Shown here one piece after another: positions 40,200-53,568 of a stretch of DNA of 64,000 nt. Where the stretch lies: assembly GCA_047967505.1 (NCBI GenBank), contig CM106538.1. One strand, given 5' to 3'. A program made the position numbers and the translations under genes. Source of the stretch: Dipteris shenzhenensis. Taxonomy: Eukaryota. Below the pieces are notes generated by a model. It saw only the letters and a program-made list of their open reading frames with translations. It was not told the origin of the DNA and ran no database searches. Position 1 is the first letter of the stretch. Each line of letters begins with the position of its first letter.

Positions 40200-41920
40200 A
40201 ATGCTCACTTGGTAGTAGTGGGTACAGTAATATGATGCTAATGTAAATCGAAAAGCTTGGCATGCTAAATAATTTCACATGGATTTCCTTGTCAACCAAT
40301 ACTAGATTCATGGTTATATCAACGATGTTATGGCCATTACAAAATAACTCATAAGGTAAGATAAACAACTTAATTGATGGTTCTTCTCTTATAATTGCAT
40401 AGTCTGTCATATCCTCCCAGCTCCAAGACCTCAAGCAAAGCATCGCTGATGCCTTGCCAACCTTTTGGAACTTAGGTAAAACATTGGTACCAAACTTGAC
40501 ACATCTCAAGCCTTAAAGTCCATCAACCTATAAGTCTATCACCATCCATTAGATGCAAGACGTGTTGGGAAACACATGCCCCAACCCTACAACATGGATA
40601 GGAGAGGTTGCAAGGAGGGGGCACCACATGGCGTAGGCCTTTAAGTGCCACTTAGCACCTCACAAAGAATGAAATATAGAAGTTCACCATTCATAATTCA
40701 TAATAAATATGGTTGATGCATAATGAAGTAGAATGCTTTAGAAATGGCAAAATGGTAGTCGACCAATTGCACACATAGACATGACATTCATCCAATGCTT
40801 GGGAAAGATGCATCCAACAAATTGATTCAAGATATCATTTGAAGCACAATTATAACATAAATAAGCCACCTCGCTTGACGAAGAAAAGGGGTTTGCATTC
40901 CACAATAAAATAATATTAGGATTTGTAAAGCATAAAGAAACCAATCAATAACATCCTACATGGTATGAGGTGATGACCTCATGTGAAATCAATGGAATCC
41001 ATCAAACTTGTCGTCAAGATTTAAAAGCATGATGGTTCATATATTACGAAGGAAAGCATGTAGTCCAAATTTCAACTACCCGTAGGAGCACAACTCCCTA
41101 TCCAAACACAAAGATTTTTGTTTAGTGTCCTAACTGCTAAGAAAAAAAGATTGATGCTACATATTGAGCACCCCCCCAAACACAAAGCCAATGTGTGCAC
41201 AAACAATGTTGTGCTTCAAGATTTCATTGATGTTAAGCTAATGTAAAACATACATTTGGTTCCTTATTCACCATCACAAATAATATACTCGACAATGAAT
41301 GCTTGGCAAATGGACTGAAAATAAAAAGAATCAACCTCTATATAAAAAAGAATGCAACTAAATCAATTTGATAAAATGGGACAAAGCGAGCCAAAAATTT
41401 TAACAATAAAGAGTCAAATGGTTTTGTTCATGCCTTTGTCACTAATCATGCAGCAAGAAAGTAGTGCCCATTTCAATTATCAATGGAATTGTGCTATTGT
41501 GTTCTCCTCTTGCCTCCACCTTGGAATTTCTCTAGGTAAGAAACTCCATTATGCTTGTTGCATATAATTTGCAATGGAGCTTCTTAGGAGCTTTCAACTA
41601 CCTCTATAAGCTTGATTGAAATCGTTTGTTGCGAAACGAAGAGCTTACTGCATCTTTAGAGTAGCATTTCTCCCTTTGGATCTGAATAAAGGAGCAATGC
41701 CATACGAATCTACAAAAAGTAGATGCAAGGTTGTGCTCATTAATCGAAGATCTCCTTCAAACTCGTATGTGATGGACCCAAATTGTGTCCCACTCACTTG
41801 CCCATCTTTTGCCACTTGAGGTTTTACAGTCAATAGTAACATCTTTTGGGTCATCCACAAATCATGGGGTGTTTTGCTACGATCTGTTGAAGCTAGAATG
41901 CCTCGTTGATGCAATGAGAG
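40200..41920 (-). pseudogene. Highly degenerate hAT-family transposase relic
   Basis: KFGTNVLPKFQKVGKASAMLCLRSWS resembles the hAT dimerisation motif (FG..P.LQK.A...SAS.CERNWS). FTNPNIILLWNANPF...EV resembles the LNP motif region. Confidence 0.5.
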
Positions 41921-43193
41921 AATTGATGATCCATATAATCTAGTACTCTTAGTATAGAATGATTTCGACTTCCAATGATCATGTTGTGCTGCTTCTCTCC
42001 AACTTAGATGTCTTCCAAGACGTCTCGTGAGTTGGGAGACTTGTGCCTAACTCGGCATATAGCTTATCGTTCATCTCCATCATCCTGGGATCACCATCTC
42101 CACCGTAACATGCTGAATGAAAATGCACTCGATAAATGTCGATAATACACTCGGTAAACAGAATGATGTCCAGAAAAATGAAAATTGGAACAACTCAACG
42201 TTGGACATTCCTATAATTTAATTACCTCACTATTAGTGACCAAAATAAGCTAGCGATAGCGAAGATGCTCATAGACTATGAGGATGAGCTCGTAAAAGCA
42301 GAGAGCGGGAATTGTTGCTGAAAAAGATACTGCTCATGGACCATCATGATGATCAAACGCGGAGTGTGCTAGGTGTGCAATGTATTGGAGATCCTTCGAC
42401 AGACAATAATGGCCGCTTAAACAATCCATTTGCTGTGGAGAATTCCGCCATGGCTAGAGGTGGCCTTAGCATTCACTTCCACCTTCATGTCAACCCACTA
42501 AGTGATGGCGATCACACCGAGTGATGGTGATCACTTGCCGACAGTGAGGCTGAAACCATCCGAATACAAAGATGCCTCTGCTAGGATATGGCCCCCTTCA
42601 CCGAGGCAACTTCCGTATTAAAAATGAACATCAGCATCAATCCTCTGCGTTCAAGTTCTGGCAGGGGCGGGGAAGATACTGAATCATCAGCTGTAGGAGT
42701 TGTCAAGCAACTGCACTCTCCCTTGGATTCCTGCTTCATTCGAACGTTTATGATGGGTGAGAGGAAGCTGCAGAAATCTCTTGTGCACAGAACACATCTT
42801 TGATTGCGTAGCTCGATTGGATCTCCCTTTAGGCTTTCTCTTGGCATTACCTCTCCCCTCAGAGCTCTTTTGTCTTTCAAAAATGTGTTCGCACCTACCT
42901 CGCCCAAGCGTCGACTCCACCTTGGCCCTTTGTCATTTCTGGCTGGTTGATGTGCATCATGTGTGGATTTAACGGCCGCGGCTGCCGAACTCCCAAAGCC
43001 AACAAATTCAACAAAAGCGTGTTTTGGTAATGATCGATTGCTTCTTGGCAGATTTTCTTATATGATGATTTTGAGCTTCTCGGAGTTGAAATCTTAACAT
43101 TGACGACCGGGAAATGCCACCCATTGAGTGGTAATCTTTTAGTTCCAGAGCTTACCAAGGGGCACTAAGGGGGAGCTTACTAAGGGGCACTAA

Positions 43194-43584
43194 GGGGCTT
43201 AGCACATGGGAAGAAATAGGATGGGAATGGGAAAAGGTGGTCCCATGCATATTTCTATCCTATTCCCATCCCACCATGTGCTAACAAAAAAAGAACTAGG
43301 GATGGGTTTAGGAGGAAGAGGACACATGGCATCATTTCATGTGTTTAAGAGGTGGGGACCTTGTGGGAACAAGGACACATGTCATCCTTCCATGTTTTTG
43401 AATCCCTAAAAAAGAGGAACCCATTTTGGCTGCCACAGTCTAGAGGCCATGGTCCAGGATGGGAGAAAAAGTGGCTACTCCCATTCTAAATCCATCCTAG
43501 ACCACTTGGTGTAGGATGGGAGTAATGATGACAAAAAGATTCCCATTCTAAACCCATGCTAGCCCCATCCATGTGCTAAGGCGC
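43194..43584. mobile_element. Tourist/PIF-Harbinger-like MITE
   Basis: TIRs GGGGCTTAGCACATGG and CCATGTGCTAAGGCGC, flanked by TAA/TTA; ~390 bp non-coding. Confidence 0.75.
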
Positions 43585-43689
43585 TTAGTTATAACTAAGA
43601 TGACAGCCTCCGTAAATGTAGTCCAAGCATGTAAATGCCAGAAGGTGAGGGGAGATCAAGATGATCTCTGGTATGCTTCCCTCCCAAAT

Positions 43690-46545
43690 ACTCTTAGAAT
43701 ATAGAGACTGTTTTGCATGGAAACATTCTGATATGAAGGGGGTCCCACCTAAAGTAGTTCAACATACCATACCCCTAGTAGATGATGCAAATCCACTCAG
43801 GCAATGACCCTATCCGATGAACCCAAAGTATGCCTTGATGGTTAAAGAAGAAATTCAAAAGCAAATTGATGCAGGTTCATTTATGAGATTGAGCACACGG
43901 ATTAACCCAAAGTATGCCTCAATTGTCAAAGAAGAAATTCAAAAGCAAATTGATGCAGGGTTCATTTATGAGATTGAGCACACGGATTGGGTCTCACTAA
44001 TTGTAATTGCCATGAAAAAGAATGGCAAAATGAGGGTATGTGTTGATCTAAAAAAGGTCAATGTGGCTACCCGACGTGACCATTACCCTTTGCCCTTTAC
44101 GGAGCATGTCTTGGAAAGAGTGGCAGGTAGGGAAGCTTATAGCTTTCTAGATGGTTTTCTGGTTATAATCAGGTGTCCATAGCACCTGAAGACCAACAAA
44201 AAACTGCCTTTGCCACTGAATGGGGAGTGTTCGCCTCAAGGGTCATGATTTTTTGCCTTAAAAATGCACCGGCATTTTTCCAGAGGTTAATGATCACGGC
44301 ATTTAAAGATTAGCTACAAGACTTCCTCGAAGCCTTTATAGATGATTTGTGTGTAAATTTGAAATGGGATGATCATCTAAGAGATCTTAGGTTGGTATTC
44401 GAGAGATGTAGACTTTACAGAATCTCTCTAAACCCACATAAGTGTCAGTTTTGGGTTAAGCATGGAGTGATTCTTGGTCACATTGTGTCTAAGAATGGGA
44501 TCTCCACAGATTATAACAAGATCAAGCTCATTCTCGAGCTACCACCTCCAACAAACCCCAAGGGTCTGCAGCGATTTACAGGTCATACTATCTATTACCG
44601 ATGATTCGTTATATTTTATACTGAAATAGACCATCCTCTATATCGCTTGCTCGTAGTATTTGTCTAGACCAAGGAATGCTAAAAGGCCTTTGACACATTA
44701 AAGCTTATGTTGGCTACCACGCCAAATTTGAGGACCCAAATTGGGATTTGGAATTCCATGTCCATATAGATGCTTCTAACTATGCCATTGGGAGTGTGTT
44801 GACACAACCTGGTGAACATGATCTAGATTACCCTGTGTACTTTGACACATTAAAGCTTATGTTGGCTACCACGCCAAATTTGAGGGCCCCAAATTGGGAT
44901 TTGGAATTCCATGTCCATATAGATGCTTCTAACTATGCCATTGGGAGTGTGTTGACACAACCTGGTGAACATGATCTAGATTACCCTGTGTACTTTGCCA
45001 GCTGTCAACTTAACTACCACTGAGAAATTATACTACCACTGAGAGAGAAGGATTGGCCATGGTTTATTCTGTCAAGAAGTTTCGACATTATCTATTGGCC
45101 AATAAGTTTGTTTTTTATGTTGATCATCAAGCCCTTCTCTATTTAGTGAACAAGCCATGTCTTACCAGAAGGATTACCCGTTGGATGATTATTCTGTTGG
45201 AATTTGTTTTCATGGTTTGATTTCATGATTATTCTGTTGGAATTTGATTTCATGGAGTGGATGATGAGATTCCTATTGCCCCCTTATTTATGGTGGATTT
45301 AGTGCCTAAATGGGCTGACGATGTCTGTCATTTTCTTACCAATGGGTTTCCCTAGGACCGACACTTGTAAGGACTCTGCACCCTATCAACTTATTGTTGG
45401 TCAGTTGTACCACATGGGTAAGGAACATATTATGCGGAGGTGTGTAAGGGAAGATGAGTTTATGGAAGTACTTGAGGAAGCACATTCTGGGATTCCTAAC
45501 AGTCCTTTTGCCATAGATATTACAAGTCACAAGGTATTGCAGGCCAATCTATGGTGACCAACTCTTTTTTTAGATGCAGCTGAATTTGTTAAACGATGTG
45601 ATCCTTGTCAAAGATTAAAGATCCCACAGAAGGAAGATATGATGCCACTTATGGGCATCCTTACATATCAACCATTTGAAAAGTGGGGGATAGACTTTAT
45701 AGGTCCCATAAGTCCAACTGCCAAGGGAACAAGTGCACGCTATGTTATTGTGGCAACGGACTATTTCACGAAATGGGTGGAGGCTAAAGAAACAAGGAAG
45801 GCTGATGCTAGGGCAACAGCCAAGTTTTTGTATGAAAATGTGATTTCCCATTTTGGATGTCCATTACAGATAGTTGGTGACCGTGGCACACACTTCCTAA
45901 ATGAAACAATTAGGATATTGCTAACTGACTTTATGGTCATTCATAAAAAATAAACAGCGTATTATCCACGTTGCAATGGTCTTGCTGAAAGCTTGAATAA
46001 GACCATGTGTTTGGCCATAATCCGCACTATCGAGGCTAGTCGAACCGATTGGGAACATAAGCTTACAACAGCCCTTTGGGCCTATAGAATTGCATACAAA
46101 GTGTCCACCAACTATACCCCTTTTCAATTGGCTTTTGGGGTAGAGACCATCATGCCAATGGAATTTATAGTTCCAAGTCTTCAAGTGTTCCAAGTCTTCA
46201 AGTGGCGGTGCACCATAGGTTAGTAGACTCTGAAATGTTTGAGACGCTAATCCAGCTTGAAAGGTTGGATGAAACCCGTTTAAGAGCTACTTATGGGATG
46301 AAAGTGGAAAATTTGCACCGCAAGAAGTGGTTTCATAGACGCCTCAAGAACAAGGATCTTAAGGAGGGCGACATTGAATTGATGTACAAAGCGCAAACTT
46401 AAATATCAAGGCATGGGACCCTATTGAGTGACGAAGATAACACCTCAAGGAACATGTAAAATTGCAACCCTTGATGGTATTGAGCTGGAAAATTATATCA
46501 ATGGTAGCAAACTAAAACGCTACTACGGTCCTCTAACACGCTTCA
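43690..46545 (+). pseudogene. pol: Ty3/gypsy (non-chromovirus) pol: RT-RNaseH-integrase, decayed
   Basis: YRDCFAW, KKNGKMRVCVDLKKVN, DHYPLP, YSFLDGF, FIDD, FHVHIDASNYAIGSVL, NYTTTEREGLAMV, PFEKWGIDFIGP, DYFTKWVEA, DRGTHF, LWAYRIAYK, INGSKLKRY. Confidence 0.95.
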
Positions 46546-46719
46546 AACCTTCAAAAGATACATGAAGAAAAGGAAAGTTGAGTAGATGAAAAAAGAGGCC
46601 GTATAGGAAGCAAGGGATAGAAATGCCAAGCTTAGAGGAAAAACACCAATGACTATCTACAAGATAACTCTTAACGAAGCGGAGGCTGAGGATGATCAAA
46701 CAGTTGAGGCTACAAGATT

Positions 46720-47070
46720 ATCCATTAGTTTGCAAATCAAGGGAAGAATCCATTCTATTCCAGATGCACTTATAGATCTAGGGGCTAGCCCCCATAACTT
46801 CATTTAACATGAAGTTTGGGAACAATTTAGACATCATCTGCTTCACCCTACCCCTGCCACAGCAAAGGCTATGAATGGGTAGATGGTAAATGTTATTAGT
46901 TTTACAAATATGCATTTTGTTATTAACGACCGCTCCGCCGAGAGCAGATTCTATGTTATGGCATAGGAACTTCAGAAGAGAAGGTCATCCTAGGGAGATG
47001 TTGGTGCTTTCAAGTGAGCTGCCAGGTTAATTGGCAGCGACGCTCTGCAACACTTGTTCAAGACGGTCGC
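46720..47070 (+). pseudogene. Retropepsin-type aspartic protease domain located downstream of integrase
   Basis: Manual translation gives LQIKGRIHSIPDALIDLGASPHNFI*HEVWEQF...AKAMNG*MVNVIS...FVIND...RFYVM, then after a frameshift KVILGRCWCFQVSCQVNW. Putative catalytic Asp codon at 46775-46777. Confidence 0.8.
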
Positions 47071-48759
47071 ACAATGGTGGTGCCATTACTCTCCTCTGAA
47101 CCCACAACCTCTTCATCCCCTATTACAAACAGCATAGAGTTACCAGCACATGCCGACACGGTACAAGCATCCTCTTCTTCTTCATCACAACAACAACCCT
47201 CACAAGGTCAAGTACAGAGGAGGAGAAATAAGGACACGAAGCAACAGTGGGTGCCATGAAATCTATTGCATGCCCAAGGATATTATGAGGGACAAACTCA
47301 GGTATGGGTTCCAAGGCAAGCCTACGAACCGCCTCCAAATCCACAGAGAACACCTAGGTATAATAGGAGATCACGAAGAAGGAATATTCCAGTCAGGAAA
47401 GTGCACTATAGGTGGGTTCCAAAGAATCTTCTTTGAGCACAAGGATACTATGAAGGCAATACCTATATCTGGGTACCAAAGCTACAAGTGCATAACTCCA
47501 CTACAGTCCCCAGAACTCAAGTGAAACAAGAGCCAAAAAGACAACAAAAGATGGAATGGTGGCCTAAGTCTTCCACAGCCAATACTCAGGGCCATTCATC
47601 TTCAAGTAATTCACAAAATGACACTAGAGCAGTCACACAAGAACCTGCTCCAACTGACCAAGGAAAGAACATTCTAATTGAGAACCTTGCAGTAGATATT
47701 GCATCAACTTCACATATAGTGGTTTGGCAAGGAATCACCAGTACAATGCTAGAGGCTTCAACAAGCTACCTTCCACAACCTCTTCCCTTAAGTGTATCTC
47801 AAAAACCAACTCTGGATGACACACCACAAGAACCGGTCTCCAAAAAAGAGGCAGTTATTCCAGAACCTATCTCCTTAGCAAAGGAGGAAATCTTGACGGT
47901 GAGCTTACTACCAACGGAGATCATTGCTCTTCTAGTTAGGGTTACATTTGAAGAGTCCACTGCATCAACAAATTCTCAAAGACACAAGGTGACAGCCAAG
48001 GTCAAAAGTACTCTCAACAACTACTCATCTTGGTTGTCCACCAGGTACTCCAACCTTCGGACCTCTTCAATAATTTCTACAAAGTCCGTGGCACTCACAT
48101 CATGCATTCAGTTGTGGCAAGAATTAGGTGATTAGTTTTGCATGCACAGACAAGTCCCCTTGCTCATTTAGGTGAATACATACAGCATAAGTCCTAGGTG
48201 AAAATAGGGTTTAATGCATATGCTCACTCAAACATCATCACTCCTAGAGTAGGGTGCACACACCATTCCATAATCACATCATCAGGTGCCCCTATTTCAC
48301 TGCTCAAAAGCACCACTTGGCATATCTAAGAGGCATGTGTTTACACCACAAGGAAGCATTTGTACAATAGTCCATGCATAGTCTGACCCTCATATCAACA
48401 CTATTACACCATATGGGGATGCCTTACTCACTTGCACACCACTACTCATTAAGGCCTGGTCACACCTTAAAAAGAGGCACAAATGCATAAGGGAGTTAGT
48501 CTCCACATATTTCACATGGGGATCACATAACAAGTTGGGAAATATCATAGGGTACATGCACCAAAGGCAGGATGGTCATAAGCTTGTCCTTCATTTTGCA
48601 TCATTCTGAAGCACTTCCAAAATTTGTGTGCTTGGCATAACTCAATGTATCTGATGCTCTAAGAGTCCAAATTCAACTCTAAAAGTTTCCACTTTGTCCA
48701 GGCACTAAGGGGAACCACATGGGCCCATCAAACCATCAAAATTTGCAATTTCCCAAAAT

Positions 48760-50900
48760 CTTGCAAACATGGCCTTGTCAGCAAAGTGTTGACTTCCCCA
48801 TGTCAGCGTGATTTTGCAAGCCAACTCCGTTTTGCACCAAACTTGGCGAGGGGCACCTAGGTCACATCATGAGGTGTTGCGATGCACAAGAATGCAAAAA
48901 GAATAGTCATAGGGCCCACATTACAAAATATCACTGACATGGAGCCCATGTTAGCGTGATTTTACAGATTGGCACATGGGCAACTCCGTTTTGCACTAGA
49001 CTTGGCGGGGGGCACCTAGGTCACATCATGAGGTGTTGGGATGCACAAGAATGCAAAAAGAATAATTGCATGGCCCACACTACAAAATCTCATTGACATG
49101 GAGCCATGTCAGCGTGATTTTGCACATGGACACATGGGGACCTTCAATCCAACTTGTCAGGGTTGCATCTTCACCGAAGGGTCGCAAGCACTCACAGTAT
49201 CAATTTTTAGCACAAAATTCATTGCAAAAGTGCCTAAAGTGTGAAATCTCACTGACATGGCCCCATGTCAGCAGCTTTGTGCAAATTAGCCTCCAAAAAG
49301 AAAAACAAGTGCACAAAAAGCATGAATCCATCACTCAGAGGCTATATGTACACCTTCGGGCCAATTTGGGCACTTGAAAAGCCAAAAAAGCCATAGAATG
49401 CAAAATCTCGCTGACATGGCCCCATTTCAACGACTTTTTGCATTATCACTAGGAAAGCATGCTTTTCATCAATTTTTGTTGCCAAATCAGCATAACTAGA
49501 CCCCAGGGAGCTGCATCAACCAAAAATAGCACTTGAATTGTCCAAAATCCTGCATAATGCAAAATCTCGCTGACATGGCCCTATGTCAATGAATTTTTGC
49601 ATATCTAGCCAGGCTAGTACTTCCAGCCTACGAAAGACTCCAGTTTTTCTTGCACATGCTCCATAACGCTTGTGCACATCATTTTGACCGAAAACTGGCA
49701 CTGTAGAGCTCCAATTGCAAAATCTCACTGACATCAGACACAAGTCATCGAATTTTTGCACAGAACCCCGATTCATTAAAAGTTTGCCATCAGCAAGGTT
49801 CATTCATAATCATCATCATCCGGTTCACTGCCATGATCAATTTGAGCCATTCCGACACTTCACAGGGTCCCCTTTGCAAAATCTCACTAACATGACCCTA
49901 TGTCAGTGAATTTTTGCAAAACATGTCGGACAAGGGCAGACAGGTGCTCAAATGGTGGCTAGGACTTGCTAACAAACTAAAATTAGGTTTTGGCAACTTT
50001 TTGTGGCTCCGGGCACTCTACAAGGTCACGGGTGCAAAATCTCACTGACATGGACTTATGTCAGCGGATTTTTGCAAAACATGTCCGACAGGGGCCGTCA
50101 AAAGTTCAAACGGTGGCCATGACTTACACATACTCTGACCTCGTGAATTTGCAACGTTTTGCGGTACCAACTACTTCATAGGGCCCCATCAGCAAAATTA
50201 CGCTAGTGTGATTTGGCCAATTTCAGCATTTCCAACCGCCTCCAAGGAGCCCCGGCAAAAATTACGTTGACATGGAGCTGATGTCAACAAATTTTTGAAA
50301 TTAGTCTTGGTCAAACCTCAAACGGCACTCAAATCAGTCACATCAGCACCACTTATGGTTTTGGCATCAATTTGGCATCTTTCGGTGGTTCTAGGCAAGC
50401 TCCAGCATCCCTTATGCAAAATCACGCTAACATGGAGCTTATGCGAGTAGATTTTTGAGATTGGGCTCCGACGTGGGTCTAGAAGTGCCAAAAATGGTCA
50501 AAACGGCATCACAAGAGGTGGTGCTAGTGATTTGGCATCTTCCAGTGCCGACAACATGCCTAGGGGGGTCCCAGTGATGACATGTAGCTGATGTTAGCGG
50601 ATTTTTGAAAATCTACCTCCAAAACAGCTCAACAAGTGCCAAAGATGGTCCATATCAGAGATATGATTTGAGCATGCAGAGAGGGGTCCCGGCAAGAACC
50701 TTCCTGACATGAAGCTGATGTCTGCGAATTTTTGCATATTGACATCTCAGGGTTCCAGATTTTTCTCCAAACGGGTTCAGGTACATCTCCAACTCATTGG
50801 CAGCTTCCAGGCTCAACCGTGATCAAAATTGACATGCTGCAAAATTTAGCTGACTTGGCCATGTTCGCAGATTGCTGACTTCCTCATGTCAGCAAATTGT
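48760..50900. repeat. Phased array of ~44-bp imperfect palindromes (period 158-159 bp)
   Basis: Consensus TGCAAAATCTCACTGACATGG-n(1-4)-(C/T)ATGTCAGCGGATTTTTGCA starting at 48922, 49081, 49240, 49399, 49558, 49716, 49875, 50033, 50191 (partial), ~50254, ~50414, ~50565, ~50691, ~50838. Confidence 0.92.
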
Positions 50901-51082
50901 TGACTTAGCCTCTCCCATATAAACCCCCTCTCATTCTGCAGATTTCACAGTTGGGGACAAACTCTTGCAAATTTTTTAAAGGATTCCAAAGTCATCCCCC
51001 TTTGCCATGCAGCTCCCCTCTGCCTTCCATTGCCTCCCTCTTGCCTCCTTCTTGCATCCTTTTTCCCCTCCTCTCCCCCACC

Positions 51083-53343
51083 ATGGCCACATCCCCCAGC
51101 GAATCTTCCATTGCTCACACCGACCACCATGACGAGCAAGCACATCTTACTGCCTCTTCCAGGGTCCAAACACTGGATGATTTTGTCTCCGAAGAGGACT
51201 CCCAAGAAGATACAGCGGAAACAGGACCTTCAAGCAAGAAGCAGAAAGTCAAGTCAAAGCAGCCGATCCATCCGGGCACAGAGTATAGTATCTCAAAGAC
51301 AACAATCTCACCATTGGGATATGATTGGGTAATGCAGCTCAGGGGAAGATTCATACATTCAGTGTATAGGAATGCTGAAGGGAAAGATGTCAAACTCATG
51401 TATCACACAGCGCAGTGCTACAACGTATTGCAAGATCCCGGGGTACTTCCATGGTTACAGGATATGGGTCTACAGCCCTTAACGGAACGTCTGCCCTGCT
51501 ACTTAGATCTGGATCTTGTCGCTCAATTCCTGTCCACTTACACTTCACAAGGCACATTCGCTCTAATAGACCAGAATGGAGACAAACGCACTTTTCACTT
51601 CAACATTGATATGTTACGAAGTTCTTTTGGATTTCCAGTCGTTGCAGACAAATGGTCCTGGGCAAAAGGACCTAAACTAATATCATCCCTCGAAGGAGTG
51701 GTTCATTGGGAAAGAGAAATATTCAAGGGCGGGGTACCATTCTCAGAAATATTACGGCCGGAGCTGATAAAGCCCGCTAGGGTGATCAAATTTCTACTCC
51801 AGGTAGAATACACGAATCACCATACCGTCGTTAATCCCAATTTCTTGGCAAAGCTGTGCAAACTGCAGCCCACTACCACAAATTGGGCAGACCTTCTCTA
51901 CTCCCAGCTCACTTATACTTGCCTCAAGGACAGAAAGAGGTTGGGCAATCCCATGCTCATCATGCTAATTGTGCAGCATTGCCTGGAACTTGCTCATACA
52001 GGATTTGGAGCAGCGGATAAAACCTTTGGCTCTGCAGGGATACCAATACAGATCAATCTAAGGGAAATTATTCCGCTAACCTCAAAGAGGACAGGTTCAA
52101 GTACAGCACAAGAAGAGAATCTAGGAGAAATTGGCTCAGAGATATGGCAACAGGTTATTGAAGAATGACAGCGAGACAAGGAAGTGTTCTACAGTCACCC
52201 CTCAACAGCCTCCCTTCCCATCTGAGCAAGCACCTCTCCCCACGGAACCACAAGTGCAGACTTCGGTGGCCCCGGGCTCAATTCCACACTTTGAATTTAG
52301 CACCGATCTTCCAGATTTCCAGGAGCTGCCCACAGATTCAACTCCAGCTGGCCCCACTCCCTCATCTAGCGGACATACTTCTATCCCTTTAGGCATCTCT
52401 CCATATGTGGATGCTATCAACTTTTGTTTGGGTCCAGATTACAACTTAGCGAAAAGATATTTGCAGTTGGTCCAACAGAATCATGCATTGATCCATCAAA
52501 CAGAATCTCAATTCATAGATGCTCTGAACCTCATGACCTTCCAACTCACGCATCTTCAACAAAGGCATCAGGATCCAATCTACCAGCAGCAAACCCTAGC
52601 CTCCCAAGCCTATACTCTTGCACAACAGGCCCAACACTCTCTCTTTCTACAGAAGAATGAAAGGATGATGGCTGAGGACACTGCCAAAGAAATGATAGCT
52701 CGGGAGAAACTAGCAAGAGAGGAGCTCCAAGCAGCTAGATAACAAATTACCAGCCTGCAGAGTGAACTTTCAGATGCGAAGTCTACCATCCAACGACTTG
52801 AGTCCGAGTTACAGGAACTGAAGATCACATGGCCAGTACTTTGGAACAGCTCAGAGCAGATCACGACATTGCATTGCAGGCGCACCATGACGATCAAGAC
52901 ACGGATAACAAGATCATCAATGATCTCCGTCAATAGGTAGTGCAATTGACACGAGATTCTCACATTTATTGTTCGGAGATGAAATCTTTACAGTTCGTGC
53001 CCTCTTCGTGCCTAGGCTTCCACCAGAGGTCAATTCAACTCAAGGAGAGGAATATGATCGGCTCATCGCATCCACCACCGTCATCGCCTTCCATGCACTT
53101 GACCCACGGACCGTCGAAGGTAGTTTTAATTTTTTCTATTCTGCACTTGTTTGTTCCTCGGTCCAAGATCACCTCAATCTCTCTGAAACACTCCCACCAC
53201 ATGCCTTCCAACTAGTCCTAGATAAGCAATCACCGCACACTCATCCAATTCTAGCACTAGCTTTCTTTATCTTCAAATGGCCATTTTCAATTCGTCATAG
53301 CCTCCTCCTGACACTTGGGATAAAGCACGTGGGAAGGGTGTAA
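51083..53343 (+). CDS. Extra retrotransposon ORF2 (Athila env-like / plant-transposon-protein-like N-terminal domain plus coiled coil); open to 52168, then frameshifts and stops
   Basis: 405-codon open frame 50951-52168 (likely ATG 51083; TATA-like CATATAAA at ~50917); NLS-like SKKQKVK; LDLVAQFLSTY...TFHFNIDMLRSSFGFP. Continues in 52131-52742 and a heptad-rich stretch (REELQAAR*QITSLQSELSDAKSTIQRLESELQELK), then 52969-53343. Confidence 0.7.
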
Positions 53344-53568
53344 CACAAGAATCCACACACACATCACGCACATCACTCACTCAGCACCACGCCTCCACTT
53401 CACAACACATTTCTCAACACACAACATCCCACACTCACACTGACTCCACACTACGCACCCACTTCAATCCGATGATCCGATCAATATTCCTCCTCATGGT
53501 CCAACCATCGAAGCCTCCTTATTTCAGCAGATCTTCAAACCCGTATTTGACTCAACAACTCTGGACCC

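Noticed and set aside
42300-43158. Cluster of overlapping 70-108-aa ORFs
   Set aside because: No recognisable domain and no preferred frame.
48760-50900. CRISPR array (palindromic repeats with unique spacers)
   Set aside because: Eukaryotic retrotransposon context, no cas genes, degenerate repeats and ~115-bp spacers. Reported instead as a phased palindrome array.
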